DNA of 64,000 nucleotides from Escherichia coli (GTDB lineage Bacteria; Pseudomonadota; Gammaproteobacteria; Enterobacterales; Enterobacteriaceae): NCBI RefSeq assembly GCF_036507355.1, contig NZ_AP027877.1; one strand, 5' to 3'. Shown piece by piece: positions 22,778 to 36,474 of this stretch (position 1 is its first letter; each line of letters starts with the position of its first letter). The notes under the pieces were generated by a model. It saw only the letters and a program-made list of their open reading frames with translations, ran no database searches and was not told where the DNA came from. The position numbers and the translations under genes were made by a program.

Positions 22778-22791
22778 TTGTTTTTAATCAA
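22778..22791. promoter_or_regulatory. putative FNR-type site in acs-nrfA divergent control region
   Basis: TTGTT-TTTA-ATCAA resembles TTGAT-N4-ATCAA with one mismatch. Confidence 0.3.
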
Positions 22792-23042
22792 TTGTAAGTG
22801 CATGTAAAATACCACTTTAGAGTTAGTCAGTATCTTCCTCTTTTTCAACAGCATGCATAACTACATGTTCCTCAAAGAATTAATCAACTTTTGTTGCTGA
22901 CCTTCAAAAATTACCCTGCCGTTTATTTGCACAATTCTACTTTTGCGTGATCTGTCGCCCAAATACTAAACAAAACTGCCAATACCCCTACATTTAACGC
23001 TTATGCCACATATTATTAACATCCTACAAGGAGAACAAAAGC

Positions 23043-25001
23043 ATGAGTCAAATTCACAAACACACCATTCCTGCCAACATCGCAGACCGTTGCCTGATAA
23101 ACCCTCAGCAGTACGAGGCGATGTATCAACAATCTATTAACGCACCTGATACCTTCTGGGGCGAACAGGGAAAAATTCTCGACTGGATCAAACCGTACCA
23201 GAAGGTGAAAAACACCTCCTTTGCCCCCGGTAATGTGTCCATTAAATGGTACGAGGACGGCACGCTGAATCTGGCGGCAAACTGTCTTGACCGCCATCTG
23301 CAAGAAAACGGCGATCGTACCGCCATCATCTGGGAAGGCGACGACGCCAGCCAGAGCAAACATATCAGCTATAAAGAGCTGCACCGCGACGTCTGCCGCT
23401 TCGCCAATACCCTGCTCGAGCTGGGCATTAAAAAAGGTGATGTGGTGGCGATTTATATGCCGATGGTGCCGGAAGCCGCGGTTGCGATGCTGGCCTGCGC
23501 CCGTATTGGCGCGGTGCATTCGGTAATTTTCGGTGGCTTCTCGCCGGAAGCGGTTGCCGGGCGCATTATCGATTCCAACTCACGACTGGTGATCACTTCC
23601 GACGAAGGCGTGCGCGCCGGGCGTAGTATTCCGCTGAAGAAAAACGTTGATGACGCACTAAAAAACCCGAACGTCACCAGCGTAGAGCATGTGGTGGTAC
23701 TGAAGCGTACTGGCGGAAAAATTGACTGGCAGGAAGGGCGCGACCTGTGGTGGCACGACCTGGTTGAGCAAGCCAGCGATCGGCACCAGGCGGAAGAGAT
23801 GAACGCCGAAGATCCGCTGTTTATTCTCTATACCTCCGGTTCTACCGGAAAACCAAAAGGCGTACTGCACACTACCGGCGGTTATCTGGTGTACGCGGCG
23901 CTGACCTTTAAATATGTCTTTGATTATCATCCGGGCGATATCTACTGGTGCACCGCCGATGTGGGTTGGGTTACCGGACACAGTTATTTGCTGTACGGCC
24001 CGCTGGCCTGCGGCGCGACCACGCTGATGTTTGAAGGCGTACCGAACTGGCCGACGCCTGCCCGTATGGCACAGGTGGTGGACAAGCATCAGGTCAATAT
24101 TCTCTATACCGCGCCCACGGCGATTCGCGCGCTGATGGCGGAAGGCGATAAAGCGATCGAAGGCACCGACCGTTCGTCGCTGCGCATTCTCGGTTCCGTG
24201 GGCGAGCCAATTAACCCGGAAGCGTGGGAGTGGTACTGGAAAAAAATCGGCAACGAGAAATGTCCGGTGGTCGATACCTGGTGGCAGACCGAAACTGGCG
24301 GTTTCATGATCACCCCGCTACCTGGCGCTACCGAGCTGAAAGCCGGTTCGGCAACACGTCCGTTCTTCGGCGTGCAACCGGCGCTGGTCGATAACGAAGG
24401 TAACCCGCTGGAAGGGGCTACCGAAGGTAGCCTGGTGATCACCGACTCCTGGCCGGGTCAGGCGCGTACGCTGTTTGGCGATCACGAACGTTTTGAGCAG
24501 ACCTATTTTTCCACCTTCAAAAATATGTATTTCAGCGGCGACGGCGCGCGTCGTGATGAAGATGGCTATTACTGGATCACCGGGCGTGTGGACGATGTGC
24601 TGAACGTCTCCGGTCACCGTCTGGGAACGGCGGAGATTGAGTCGGCGCTGGTGGCGCATCCGAAAATCGCCGAAGCCGCTGTCGTCGGTATTCCGCACAA
24701 TATTAAAGGTCAGGCGATCTACGCCTACGTCACGCTTAATCACGGGGAGGAACCGTCACCAGAACTGTACGCAGAAGTCCGCAACTGGGTGCGTAAAGAG
24801 ATTGGCCCGCTGGCGACGCCAGACGTGCTGCACTGGACCGACTCCCTGCCTAAAACCCGCTCCGGCAAAATTATGCGCCGTATTCTGCGCAAAATTGCGG
24901 CGGGCGATACCAGCAACCTGGGCGATACCTCGACGCTTGCCGATCCTGGCGTAGTCGAGAAGCTGCTTGAAGAGAAGCAGGCTATCGCGATGCCATCGTA
25001 A
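23043..25001 (+). CDS. acs: acetyl-CoA synthetase
   Basis: 652 aa ORF with AMP-binding signature ([11 protein letters not shown]). Confidence 0.9.
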   Translation: MSQIHKHTIPANIADRCLINPQQYEAMYQQSINAPDTFWGEQGKILDWIKPYQKVKNTSFAPGNVSIKWYEDGTLNLAANCLDRHLQENGDRTAIIWEGDDASQSKHISYKELHRDVCRFANTLLELGIKKGDVVAIYMPMVPEAAVAMLACARIGAVHSVIFGGFSPEAVAGRIIDSNSRLVITSDEGVRAGRSIPLKKNVDDALKNPNVTSVEHVVVLKRTGGKIDWQEGRDLWWHDLVEQASDRHQAEEMNAEDPLFILYTSGSTGKPKGVLHTTGGYLVYAALTFKYVFDYHPGDIYWCTADVGWVTGHSYLLYGPLACGATTLMFEGVPNWPTPARMAQVVDKHQVNILYTAPTAIRALMAEGDKAIEGTDRSSLRILGSVGEPINPEAWEWYWKKIGNEKCPVVDTWWQTETGGFMITPLPGATELKAGSATRPFFGVQPALVDNEGNPLEGATEGSLVITDSWPGQARTLFGDHERFEQTYFSTFKNMYFSGDGARRDEDGYYWITGRVDDVLNVSGHRLGTAEIESALVAHPKIAEAAVVGIPHNIKGQAIYAYVTLNHGEEPSPELYAEVRNWVRKEIGPLATPDVLHWTDSLPKTRSGKIMRRILRKIAAGDTSNLGDTSTLADPGVVEKLLEEKQAIAMPS

Positions 25002-25002
25002 C

Positions 25003-25070
25003 CCACAATTGCCGGATGCGGCGTATAACGCCTTATCCGGCCTACATTCGGCAAGGGTTACCCGAGCGTT
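25003..25070. repeat. REP element downstream of acs
   Basis: GCCGGATGCGGCGTATAACGCCTTATCCGGCCTAC palindromic unit. Confidence 0.5.
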
Positions 25071-25133
25071 AACCTTCTCCCATAAGGGAGCGGGAATTAA
25101 AACAATCCCTACATTACCTCTGGAGAATCTGTG

Positions 25134-27094
<1,961 letters not shown>

Positions 27095-27271
27095 TCTCTC
27101 CCCTTCCCCGGTCGTCTGACCGGGGAATACTCTTCCTCTCCCAAATGCATCACCTTTTCCCATAATATTAAACAAATAAACTCATTAAAAAATGAGCGAT
27201 TTTTGACAGTCGTAGAAAATGATAATGCAGAGAATATGCCTTTTCTTTCTTGTTAATTATAAGGATATTTT

Positions 27272-28564
27272 ATGCGCTATAATGGTTTAAATAATATGTT
27301 TTTCCCTCTTTGCCTGATTAACGATAACCACTCTGTCACAAGTCCATCACATACAAAGAAAACAAAATCAGATAATTACAGCAAACATCATAAAAACACG
27401 TTAATTGACAATAAAGCCCTCTCTCTTTTCAAAATGGATGATCATGAAAAAGTGATAGGCTTGATTCATAAAATGAAAAGAATTTATGATAGTTTACCAT
27501 CAGGAAAAATCACGAAAGAAACGGACAGGAAAATACATAAATATTTTATAGATATAGCGTTATATGCAAATAATAAATGTGACGATAGAATTACGAGAAG
27601 AGTTTACCTTAGTAAAGAAAAGGAAGTATCCATTAAGGTGGTATATTTTATAAATAATGTCGCCGTCCATAATAATACTATCGAAATTCCACAGATAGTA
27701 AATGGTGGTTACGATTTTTCACACCTTAGCCTGAAGGGTATCGTGATTAAAGATGAAGATTTATCCAATTCGAATTTTGCAGGTTGCAGACTACAAAACG
27801 CTATTTTCCAGGACTGTAATATGTATAAAACGAATTTTTATTACGCCATAATGGAAAAAATACTTTTTGATAATTGTATTCTCGATGACTCAAATTTCGC
27901 TCAGATAAAAATGGCCGACGGAACTCTAAATGCATGCTCCGCTATGCATGTTCAATTCTACAATGCAGCAATGAATAGAGCTAATATTAAAAATACCTTC
28001 CTTGACTATTCAAATTTTTATATGGCGTACATGGCTGAGGTAAATCTTTATAAAGTAATAGCGCCATATGTTAATTTATTTAAAGCCGACCTTAGCTTCT
28101 CTAAACTTGATTTAATTAACTTTGAACATGCTGATCTGTCTCGCGTCAATCTGAACAAAGCAATCCTCCAGAATATAAACTTAATTGATAGCAAACTCTT
28201 TTTTACGCGGCTAACAAATACGTTCCTCGAAATGGTTATATGTACCGGATCTAATATGGCTAATGTTAATTTTAATAATGCCAATTTAAGCAACTGCCAT
28301 TTCAACTGTTCTATTTTAACAAAAGCCTGGATGTTTAATACCCGTCTCTATCGGGTTAATTTCGATGAGGCTAGCGTCCAGGGAATGGGCATTTCCATTC
28401 TCCGTGGGGAGGAAAATATCCCCATTGATAGTGATACCCTGGTAACACTACAGAAATTCTTTGAAGAAGATTGTACCTCTCATACTGGCATGTCACAAAC
28501 TGAGGATAATATTAATGCAGTCGCTATGAAGATTACTGCAGATATTATGCAACACGCAGATTGA
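27272..28564 (+). CDS. yjcF: pentapeptide-repeat protein YjcF (EspX / SopA-like effector family)
   Basis: 430 aa ORF, visibly AT-rich; long run of pentapeptide repeats (A[DN]LSxxNFxx-type units). Confidence 0.75.
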   Translation: MRYNGLNNMFFPLCLINDNHSVTSPSHTKKTKSDNYSKHHKNTLIDNKALSLFKMDDHEKVIGLIHKMKRIYDSLPSGKITKETDRKIHKYFIDIALYANNKCDDRITRRVYLSKEKEVSIKVVYFINNVAVHNNTIEIPQIVNGGYDFSHLSLKGIVIKDEDLSNSNFAGCRLQNAIFQDCNMYKTNFYYAIMEKILFDNCILDDSNFAQIKMADGTLNACSAMHVQFYNAAMNRANIKNTFLDYSNFYMAYMAEVNLYKVIAPYVNLFKADLSFSKLDLINFEHADLSRVNLNKAILQNINLIDSKLFFTRLTNTFLEMVICTGSNMANVNFNNANLSNCHFNCSILTKAWMFNTRLYRVNFDEASVQGMGISILRGEENIPIDSDTLVTLQKFFEEDCTSHTGMSQTEDNINAVAMKITADIMQHAD

Positions 28565-28717
28565 GGTTAAGTCGAAGAACAGCCAATGAATTGACTTTAC
28601 AAGAGAGATAACTTATTTGTTTTAGAATCATGAATGTTAGCCCGAGCTAACCTGTTAAAGGTGCAAAAGATTGCACCTTTTTCAGATTACCTCGGGCCTG
28701 GTTACGTCGCTTTCGGC

Positions 28718-30367
28718 TTACTGATTTTCCTCAATTAGCAACGCTTCAAGCAAATCGAGATCGTGCAGTAATTTTTGCAGCGTTTCGTTGCTGATCTCCC
28801 GCGTGGCGCGCAGGTGGTAAAGTTCAGCACGTTCAGAACGCAATGCCGCCAGACGGAAGCGACGCTCAAGGTTCTCTTCCTGCACGGAACTTTCAACGTC
28901 GTTACGTCCATCGGCGCGACGACGCAGGTTACCAATGACGCGAGAACTGACCTCCGTAAGCAACTGGTTATCGATATTCTCTTCGGTATCCGCCGCCAGA
29001 CGCTCCTCCATTTTCTGGATCGCCACAATCGCCACTTCTGCCGTTGCCGCTCGTGCAATACGTTCTTCTTTCAATTGTTGCGAATGGTCCGCGACTTCAA
29101 TGTGTTGTAGCAGAATAGGCAACATCACCACGCCGACAAACAGCGAGAAGAGAATGACGCCAGCCGCCAGGAACACCAGCTCATAGCGCGCCGGGAAGAC
29201 GTTACCATCCGGCAAGAGCAGAGGGATTGAGAGCACACCGGCCAGAGTGATCGCCCCACGCACCCCAGCGAAAGACGCGATCAGGATTTCTCGTGTGGTC
29301 CACGAACCAAACTCCATCGGCTTCTTCTTCAGGAAGCGGTTGCTGAACTTTTTCATCGTCCACAGCCAGCCGAAACGGACCAGCATCAGCGCCGCATATA
29401 TCAGAATAATATCGGTAAACAGCATCCAGATTTCGACGTTAGGGTCGATTTCTGCCGCCATCAGCGACGTCTCCAGAATACCCGGTAGCTGCAGACCTAA
29501 CAGCAGGAACACCATGCCGTTAAAGACAAATTCCAGCATCGCCCAGGTGCTGTTTGCGCGCAGGCGCATTGCCAGTGGCGCACGGCGCATCACACCGGAG
29601 CGGGTGATGGTCATCCCGGCGGCAACCGCAGCGAGGATGCCGGAAACGCCAATATGTTCGGCAATCAGATAAGAAGCGAATGGCAGCAAGAACAGCAGAA
29701 CAATCTGCGTCGCGGGTTCATCACCGCCCCAGCGGCTGAGGAATCGCAGCGAGCGACCATACAGCCAGCTCACCACAAAACCGGCAAGAATACCGCCAAT
29801 GGCTACTTTCATAAATTCGACCGTCGCACCGCCGACGGTGAAGATCATCGTCCCCATCGCCACTGCCACGGCAAACTTCAACGACACCAGGCCGGAAGCG
29901 TCATTCATCAACGCTTCGCCCTGCAAAATGCCCATGATTTTTTTCGGGATGCGCCCTTCGCCAACAATCCCGGAGAGCGCCACAGCATCGGTCGGAGAAA
30001 GTACCGCCGCCAGCGCAAAGGCGGGGATCAGCGGAATGCCCGGCACCACCCAGTAAATAAGGAAGCCAATGCCGACCACGGTGACCACCACCAGCGCCAG
30101 TGCGAGGCCGAAAATCTCTCGACCATGTTCGAGAAATTCACGGGTCGGCGTTTTCCAGCCATCAGCGAACAGCAACGGCGGGATAAACAAGACTAAAAAG
30201 AGTTCAGGATCAAACTCCACATGCAAACCAAACGTCGGCCACGCCAGTAGCGCACCGATGGCGATTTGCATAAGCGGAAGCGGGATCTGAAAGGGCATGA
30301 CACGAGTGACCACCCCGGACAGCGAGACCACGAGGGTCATTATCAGTATGGTGAAGAAGATTTCCAT
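28718..30367 (-). CDS. yjcE: Na+/H+ exchanger family protein YjcE (CPA1)
   Basis: 549 aa multi-TM ORF with charged C-terminal cytoplasmic tail. Confidence 0.85.
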   Translation of the reverse strand: MEIFFTILIMTLVVSLSGVVTRVMPFQIPLPLMQIAIGALLAWPTFGLHVEFDPELFLVLFIPPLLFADGWKTPTREFLEHGREIFGLALALVVVTVVGIGFLIYWVVPGIPLIPAFALAAVLSPTDAVALSGIVGEGRIPKKIMGILQGEALMNDASGLVSLKFAVAVAMGTMIFTVGGATVEFMKVAIGGILAGFVVSWLYGRSLRFLSRWGGDEPATQIVLLFLLPFASYLIAEHIGVSGILAAVAAGMTITRSGVMRRAPLAMRLRANSTWAMLEFVFNGMVFLLLGLQLPGILETSLMAAEIDPNVEIWMLFTDIILIYAALMLVRFGWLWTMKKFSNRFLKKKPMEFGSWTTREILIASFAGVRGAITLAGVLSIPLLLPDGNVFPARYELVFLAAGVILFSLFVGVVMLPILLQHIEVADHSQQLKEERIARAATAEVAIVAIQKMEERLAADTEENIDNQLLTEVSSRVIGNLRRRADGRNDVESSVQEENLERRFRLAALRSERAELYHLRATREISNETLQKLLHDLDLLEALLIEENQ

Positions 30368-30517
30368 GCGTTCCCTGTTTGCGATGTTTTTTATGATCTG
30401 AGAAAGACGTTATGCCTGAATTCTCATTTTTTCAGAATATCGCAAAAGCTCACACAATGTGCGGAGAAAATAAAAACGGGCAGCCATTGCCACCCGTTTT
30501 CAGAATCCGATGAAAGA

Positions 30518-31867
30518 TTAGATAGCCCAGCCACCCGCATAGAAGGTCACCAGCGCCACGGCGATAACGACCGTACCGATGTTCAACTTGCGCCATTCAC
30601 CGGAAACCAGACGACCAATCACCAGAGTCGCGAAGCCGATCATGATGCCTGTTACGATGTTACAGGTCAGCACGATGAATACCGCCGTAACCAGACCCGC
30701 CATCGCATCAACAAAATCAGCAAAGTCGATTTTCGCCACGTTGCTCAGCATCAGCAGGCCAACGTACATCAGCGCCGGAGCCGTTGCATACCCCGGAACG
30801 AGGTAAGAGAGCGGAGAGAGGAACAGAATCAGCAGGAACAGCACGCCAACGGTGATAGCCGTCAAACCGGTTTTACCGCCCGCCGCCGTACCCGCCGCAG
30901 ACTCGATGTATACCGCTGCCGGAGCCGCACCCACCAGGCCAGAGAAAACGCTGCTCATGGAGTCAGTGGTCAGTGCCTTCCCGCCGTCGATAATTTGCCC
31001 ATTTTTATCCAGCAGGTTCGCCTGGCCGGCGACGGCACGGATAGTTCCGGTGGCATCAAATACTGCCGTCATCACCAGCGCCAGAACGCTTGGCAGGACT
31101 ACAGGATTCAGCGCGCCCATAATGTCCAGGCTGCCAATCAGTGAATTGCCGTTTTCATCGCTCAATGAAGGCATGGCGAAAACGCCGGAGAAATGGACGT
31201 TAGGATCGAAGATCAAACCGACAATTGAGATACCGATAATGGTCAGCAGAATGCCACCAGGGACTTTCAGTTTTTCCAGGCCGATGATCACCGCCAGACC
31301 TACCAGTGACATAATCACCGGGAAGGTCGCGAAATCACCCAGCGCAACGGGCAGACCATCAAGCGGGTTTTTAATCACCAGACCGACACCATTAGCGGCA
31401 ATGAGCAGCAGGAACAGACCGATACCGATCCCCGTGCCGTGCGCCACACCGTGCGGCAAGTTGCGCAAAATCCAGCTACGGATACCCGTGGCAGAAATTA
31501 CCGTAAACAGCACACCCATCAGGAACACGGCACCCAGCGCGACAGGTACGCTAATATGTTGCCCCAGCACCAGGCTGAATGCGGTAAACGCCGTCAGGGA
31601 GATGGCGCAACCAATCGCCAACGGCAGATTAGCCCACAGACCCATCACGATAGAACCGAGTCCGGCAACCAGACAGGTCGCAACGAAAACTGCCGCAGGC
31701 GGGAAGCCCGCTTTACCCAACATGCCTGGAACGACGATAACCGAGTAGACCATCGCCAGAAACGTTGTTAACCCGGCAACCACTTCCTGACGGACAGTGC
31801 TTCCACGTTGTGAAATTTTAAACCAGGCGTCGAGTGAACCGCCGGTACGCGCTGATGGCGTAGACAT
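30518..31867 (-). CDS. ghxP: guanine/hypoxanthine permease GhxP (NCS2 family)
   Basis: 449 aa multi-TM ORF. Confidence 0.85.
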   Translation of the reverse strand: MSTPSARTGGSLDAWFKISQRGSTVRQEVVAGLTTFLAMVYSVIVVPGMLGKAGFPPAAVFVATCLVAGLGSIVMGLWANLPLAIGCAISLTAFTAFSLVLGQHISVPVALGAVFLMGVLFTVISATGIRSWILRNLPHGVAHGTGIGIGLFLLLIAANGVGLVIKNPLDGLPVALGDFATFPVIMSLVGLAVIIGLEKLKVPGGILLTIIGISIVGLIFDPNVHFSGVFAMPSLSDENGNSLIGSLDIMGALNPVVLPSVLALVMTAVFDATGTIRAVAGQANLLDKNGQIIDGGKALTTDSMSSVFSGLVGAAPAAVYIESAAGTAAGGKTGLTAITVGVLFLLILFLSPLSYLVPGYATAPALMYVGLLMLSNVAKIDFADFVDAMAGLVTAVFIVLTCNIVTGIMIGFATLVIGRLVSGEWRKLNIGTVVIAVALVTFYAGGWAI

Positions 31868-32282
31868 AAGAAAACATCCCCTGAGAGTTTAATTTTCGTC
31901 AAGATGCGTGGCGGACAATCCCCTGCCAGCGAAACGTTATCTTCCTGCTCCAGGTTTGCGACAATTTGCTGCGTCGCAAAAAAGCAAACGTTTAGCTCCG
32001 CGCATACAAAACGGGTGGTAAAAAAAGCAAACGATTATCCGGCGATCATAGCGGCTTTTTCAACCGAAGTTTGCTGCTTTTTTCTCTTTTATTGTCTTGA
32101 CGATGAAAAACCAGGCAATTGATGCGCAAACGTTATCGTCGATGCGCAAGATTGCAGCGTTATCGAGCCGTATACCGTTCTGGATTGCGATAAAAAATCG
32201 TCTGAGATGACAAAAATATTGCGGCTAAAAAGTATACTTTTGCACTGGCGAAGAAACGCCGGTGACATACAATTAAAGTATC

Positions 32283-32424
32283 AACACCAACCGGAACCTC
32301 CACCACGTGCTCGAATGAGGTGTGTTGACGTCGGGGGAAACCCTCCTGTGTACCAGCGGGATAGAGAGAAAGACAAAGACCTGAAAACAAACTAAAGCGC
32401 CCTTGTGGCGCTTTAGTTTTGTTC
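32283..32424 (+). ncRNA. sraL: candidate small RNA SraL (RyjA) convergent with soxR
   Basis: Position between ghxP and soxR; bidirectional terminator hairpin AAAGCGCCCTTGTGGCGCTTT at 32394-32414 followed by T-rich tract on + strand; 5' end not determinable from sequence. Confidence 0.35.
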
Positions 32425-32877
32425 ATCTTCCAGCAAGCGTGCGCCGGTACCTTCTTCTCCTAAGCGGTCGCCCGGGTTACGCAACGGGCAATCACTGCGC
32501 GAAAGGCAGCCACAACCAATACATCCGTCCAGTTCGTCACGCAGCGCCACTAAGGTATGAATGCGCCGATCTAATTCTTCTCGCCATTGCGAAGAAAGCT
32601 GCTTCCACTCTTTGGCGCTTAATGTATGCCCTTCGGGCAACACGCCAAACGCTTCACCAATGGTCGCCAGCGGAATGCCAATACGCTGAGCAATTTTGAT
32701 AATTGCGACATATCGCAACACATCACGTTTATATCGCCGCTGATTGCCGCTGTTACGGATACTGGTAATCAACCCTTTGCTTTCATAGAAATGCAGCGCC
32801 GATACCGCCACACCGCTGCGTTTCGCCACTTCGCCGGGGGTTAGCAGCGCTTTAATGCGGGGTAATTTCTTTTCCAT
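32413..32877 (-). CDS. soxR: redox-sensitive MerR-family regulator SoxR (2Fe-2S)
   Basis: 154 aa ORF with C-terminal [12 protein letters not shown] cluster. Confidence 0.9.
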   Translation of the reverse strand: MEKKLPRIKALLTPGEVAKRSGVAVSALHFYESKGLITSIRNSGNQRRYKRDVLRYVAIIKIAQRIGIPLATIGEAFGVLPEGHTLSAKEWKQLSSQWREELDRRIHTLVALRDELDGCIGCGCLSRSDCPLRNPGDRLGEEGTGARLLEDEQN

Positions 32878-32888
32878 AAATCGCTTTA

Positions 32889-32906
32889 CCTCAAGTTAAC
32901 TTGAGG
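32889..32906. promoter_or_regulatory. SoxR operator within soxS promoter spacer
   Basis: Perfect palindrome CCTCAAGTTAACTTGAGG between divergent soxR and soxS. Confidence 0.7.
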
Positions 32907-32962
32907 AATTATACTCCCCAACAGATGAATTAACGAACTGAACACTGAAAAGAGGCAGATTT

Positions 32963-33286
32963 ATGTCCCATCAGAAAATTATTCAGGATCTTATCGCATG
33001 GATTGACGAGCATATTGACCAGCCGCTTAACATTGATGTCGTCGCAAAAAAATCAGGCTATTCAAAGTGGTACTTGCAACGGATGTTCCGCACGGTGACG
33101 CATCAGACGCTTGGCGATTACATTCGCCAACGCCGCCTGTTACTGGCCGCCGTTGAGTTGCGCACCACCGAGCGTCCGATTTTTGATATCGCAATGGACC
33201 TGGGTTATGTCTCGCAGCAGACCTTCTCCCGCGTTTTCCGTCGGCAGTTTGATCGCACTCCCAGCGATTATCGCCACCGCCTGTAG
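32963..33286 (+). CDS. soxS: AraC-family superoxide response activator SoxS
   Basis: 107 aa ORF matching remembered SoxS. Confidence 0.9.
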   Translation: MSHQKIIQDLIAWIDEHIDQPLNIDVVAKKSGYSKWYLQRMFRTVTHQTLGDYIRQRRLLLAAVELRTTERPIFDIAMDLGYVSQQTFSRVFRRQFDRTPSDYRHRL

Positions 33287-33288
33287 TT

Positions 33289-34875
33289 TTATTGCCCGCG
33301 CGTTAACTCCCGCGCGGGTAATTGCTCCATCCATTGCATAAACACCTGCGGCGGCATCGCCTTCGCAAAGAACCATCCCTGGCAATAGCGCACGCCGCGT
33401 TTGCGCAGCCAGTTTACCTGCTCCTCAGTTTCGACGCCTTCAGCGATCGTTTTTAACCCCAGGCTGTGCGCCAGCTCGATGATGTGTTCCGCAATCAAAT
33501 GACTGGTTTTGTGGGTGGTCAGCGTCTCAACAAACGATTTGTCGATTTTCAAAATATCGACATTCAATGATTTAAGGTTATGCAAGTTAGAGTAGCCAAT
33601 ACCAAAATCATCAATTGCCACTTCGTAACCGGCCTGGCGGAAAGCCAGAATAATCGGCGTCATTTTGTCGACATCAAGAAATGCATGTTCAGTCACTTCA
33701 AATTTAATTTGCTGTGGACGCACCGCGTATTGCTCTGTTTTCTGATTGGTTCGCGCTATCAACCGTGACGTATGAAAATCGGAGGCCGACAGGTTAATAG
33801 AAACATAGCGATCGGCATGTGTTGCCAGGTACGCACCCAGATCGCGGAAGACATTATCAATAACATAATCAGTTACCTGTTCGATCATCCCCTCCTTTTC
33901 TGCCAGCGGAATAAATTCTGCCGGATTCATTACTTGCCCCTGCTCACCAGGCCAACGTAACAACGCTTCAGCGCCGATACATTTTTCTGTTTTGATATCG
34001 ATTATTGGCTGGTAATAAAGACAAAGTTGATGTTTTTCGAGGGCGCGTTGCAATTTGCGTTTGGGAGACAAATAGTTTTGTCGAATACGTAGCCAGAGTA
34101 ATAGCAGAACAAGACTCCCCAAAATACCGGCGGGTAACGCAAAAATAAGATGATTATAAAAATGGGCTATAAGACGTTGATATGAAGTCGCAACAATGGC
34201 TGCAATTGGGCGTTTTGTCGAATAAACTGTCGCATATAAATAGCCATTTCTTTGTACGGTTAAATCCTTCAAATGAATCAGCGGAGAAAACGTTGCTGCC
34301 GAGGCCTCGTTGCTTAACGAGAAAAAGGTTTTCGTCACCGTATCATACACACCCCATTGCAATGTCGGGTCATCAGACATCACTTCACTCCAGAAGAGAG
34401 GGTTGATAACCGCCACATAATTTCCCCGCTGCATATAGGTCATTTTATAGCCAGAGAAAAAAGGCGTATCGCGGTAATAATAGATAGAAACGTTAGGTTC
34501 ACGCTTATAATCGGCCGGTGCAATCGTATAGCCGTTTACAGGCGCTATCAGTGATGAGCATAAAAAATGGTTATCACGGGCATAGATCAATTCATTAATA
34601 TAAAGATAGCCACGAATAATATTTAACATTCGCGTTTGATGGGCTGGAGAGCAAACTTGCCCCTGATAGCGTTCTGCTGCATCGCTCACTAAATCTGCCT
34701 GGCGAATGACCAGCTCGGATTTATCCAGTGCCAGTTGAGCAAAGGTTCGGAGCTGATTATTCACTTCTGATTTTGCCCAAAGGAAGGCAATCCATAGCGA
34801 AAGAATGATGGGAAAGAGAACTAAAAAGATAATGCCCGGCAACGCCAGTAATTGGTGTCGTGCACGATGACTCAT
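33289..34875 (-). CDS. pdeC: c-di-GMP phosphodiesterase PdeC (CSS-motif periplasmic domain plus EAL)
   Basis: Two TM segments flanking periplasmic domain; C-terminal EAL domain (YQPI...EALLRW). Confidence 0.8.
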
Positions 34876-35303
34876 TGCTATCAATTTCCTGCCTGTTTAT
34901 ACCCGGCCATTGCAAGGTGAAACCCTGGCTACCGACGTCTTTAGATAAATCTTACGGTATAAATAGCACTTTTGCCTGATTTGAAATTGATACCTTTTTA
35001 ATCGTCACCTGGATGAAAATAATTCATTGATATTCAAAATTAATTTTCTACAGGAATACAGAGGCGGCGGGAAGATATACCCTTAATGCCACTGAAAAAC
35101 CACATAATCTGTACAGCAATAAAAGTCACGACCTAATCTGGCTAACAAACAATCAATTGTGATATAGTTCACAAAATTAATGAAACAAACAGAGTGTTTC
35201 ATTTTTGTGTTCTGCAAGCCCCGCGATAGCCAGAGTGTACCACGCCTCCCGTGAACAACGCCGCGCTGTCCAGGGCATCGGCTCTTTTCAGAGGAATTGT
35301 TTG

Positions 35304-35585
35304 ATGGCTACCCTCACCACTGGCATGGTTCTTCTTCGCTGGCAACTTCTTAGTGCCGTAATGATGTTTCTGGCCAGCACGCTCAACATCCGTTTTCGTC
35401 GGTCTGATTATGTCGGGCTTGCAGTGATCAGCAGCGGTCTGGGCGTGGTTTCCGCCTGCTGGTTCGCGATGGGGTTGCTTGGCATCACAATGGCGGATAT
35501 CACCGCTATCTGGCACAACATCGAGTCGGTGATGATAGAAGAGATGAATCAGACACCGCCACAGTGGCCAATGATTTTGACCTGA
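35304..35585 (+). CDS. yjcB: small inner membrane protein YjcB
   Basis: 93 aa from MATLTTGM within a longer ORF; two predicted TM helices. Confidence 0.55.
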   Translation: MATLTTGMVLLRWQLLSAVMMFLASTLNIRFRRSDYVGLAVISSGLGVVSACWFAMGLLGITMADITAIWHNIESVMIEEMNQTPPQWPMILT

Positions 35586-35590
35586 TACGT

Positions 35591-35621
35591 AGAAGCCTCC
35601 ATAACGGAGGCTTCTTTTTTA
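35591..35621. terminator. bidirectional rho-independent terminator between yjcB and ssb
   Basis: AGAAGCCTCC-ATAAC-GGAGGCTTCT hairpin followed by TTTTTT. Confidence 0.5.
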
Positions 35622-35683
35622 TGGCTGGCAGATGCTTTAATCATCCACCTTAAAACAATATAACCTATTGTTTTAATGACAAA

Positions 35684-36220
35684 TCAGAACGGAATATCGT
35701 CATCAAAGTCCATCGGCGGCTCGTTAGACGGCGCTGCCGGAGCGGACTGCTGCGGGCGAGACTGCGCGCCGCCGCTGAACTGATTGCCACCCTGCGGCTG
35801 CTGAGGCTGACCCCAACCGCCCTGCGGCTGACCACCACCGATATTGCCACCTGCAGGAGCGCCACCACCCTGACGACCACCCAGCATCTGCATAGTGCCG
35901 CCAACGTTCACCACAACTTCTGTGGTGTAGCGATCCTGACCAGATTGATCGGTCCATTTACGGGTACGCAGCTGACCTTCGATATAAACCTGAGAACCTT
36001 TACGCAGATATTCGCTGGCCACTTCTGCCAGTTTGCCGAACAGCACAACGCGGTGCCATTCAGTCTGCTCTTTCATCTCGCCGGTCGCTTTATCACGCCA
36101 GGATTCGGAAGTAGCCAGCGTAATGTTGGCAACTGCGCCACCATTTGGCATGTAGCGTACTTCCGGGTCCTGACCCAGATTACCAACGAGAATAACCTTG
36201 TTTACGCCTCTGCTGGCCAT
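35684..36220 (-). CDS. ssb: single-stranded DNA-binding protein
   Basis: 178 aa; OB-fold N-terminus, Gly/Gln-rich linker, acidic tail DFDDDIPF. Confidence 0.95.
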   Translation of the reverse strand: MASRGVNKVILVGNLGQDPEVRYMPNGGAVANITLATSESWRDKATGEMKEQTEWHRVVLFGKLAEVASEYLRKGSQVYIEGQLRTRKWTDQSGQDRYTTEVVVNVGGTMQMLGGRQGGGAPAGGNIGGGQPQGGWGQPQQPQGGNQFSGGAQSRPQQSAPAAPSNEPPMDFDDDIPF

Positions 36221-36373
36221 GTTCGTGTCTCCTGAAAAAAAATCGTTCTGAATAAGTGTAAACGCGCGATTGTACCATTACCAATAGCGCTTTTACTATG
36301 TTGTGACCTCGGTTCCGGGAAACAAACCTGGCCAGACATTGTTACACAACACTCCGGGTAATGCATTCCAATA

Positions 36374-36389
36374 CTGTATATTCATTCAG
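36374..36389. promoter_or_regulatory. LexA SOS box of divergent uvrA/ssb promoters
   Basis: CTGTATATTCATTCAG matches CTGT-N8-ACAG. Confidence 0.7.
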
Positions 36390-36474
36390 GTCAATTTGTG
36401 TCATAATTAACCGTTTGTAATCGCCGGTAGCACCATGCCACCGGGCAAAAAAGCGTTTAATCCGGGAAAGGTGA

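Noticed and set aside
32160-32426. 88-aa minus-strand ORF in the ghxP-soxR intergenic region
   Set aside because: Lies in a region better explained by a small RNA and the soxR terminator; no ribosome-binding context; likely non-coding
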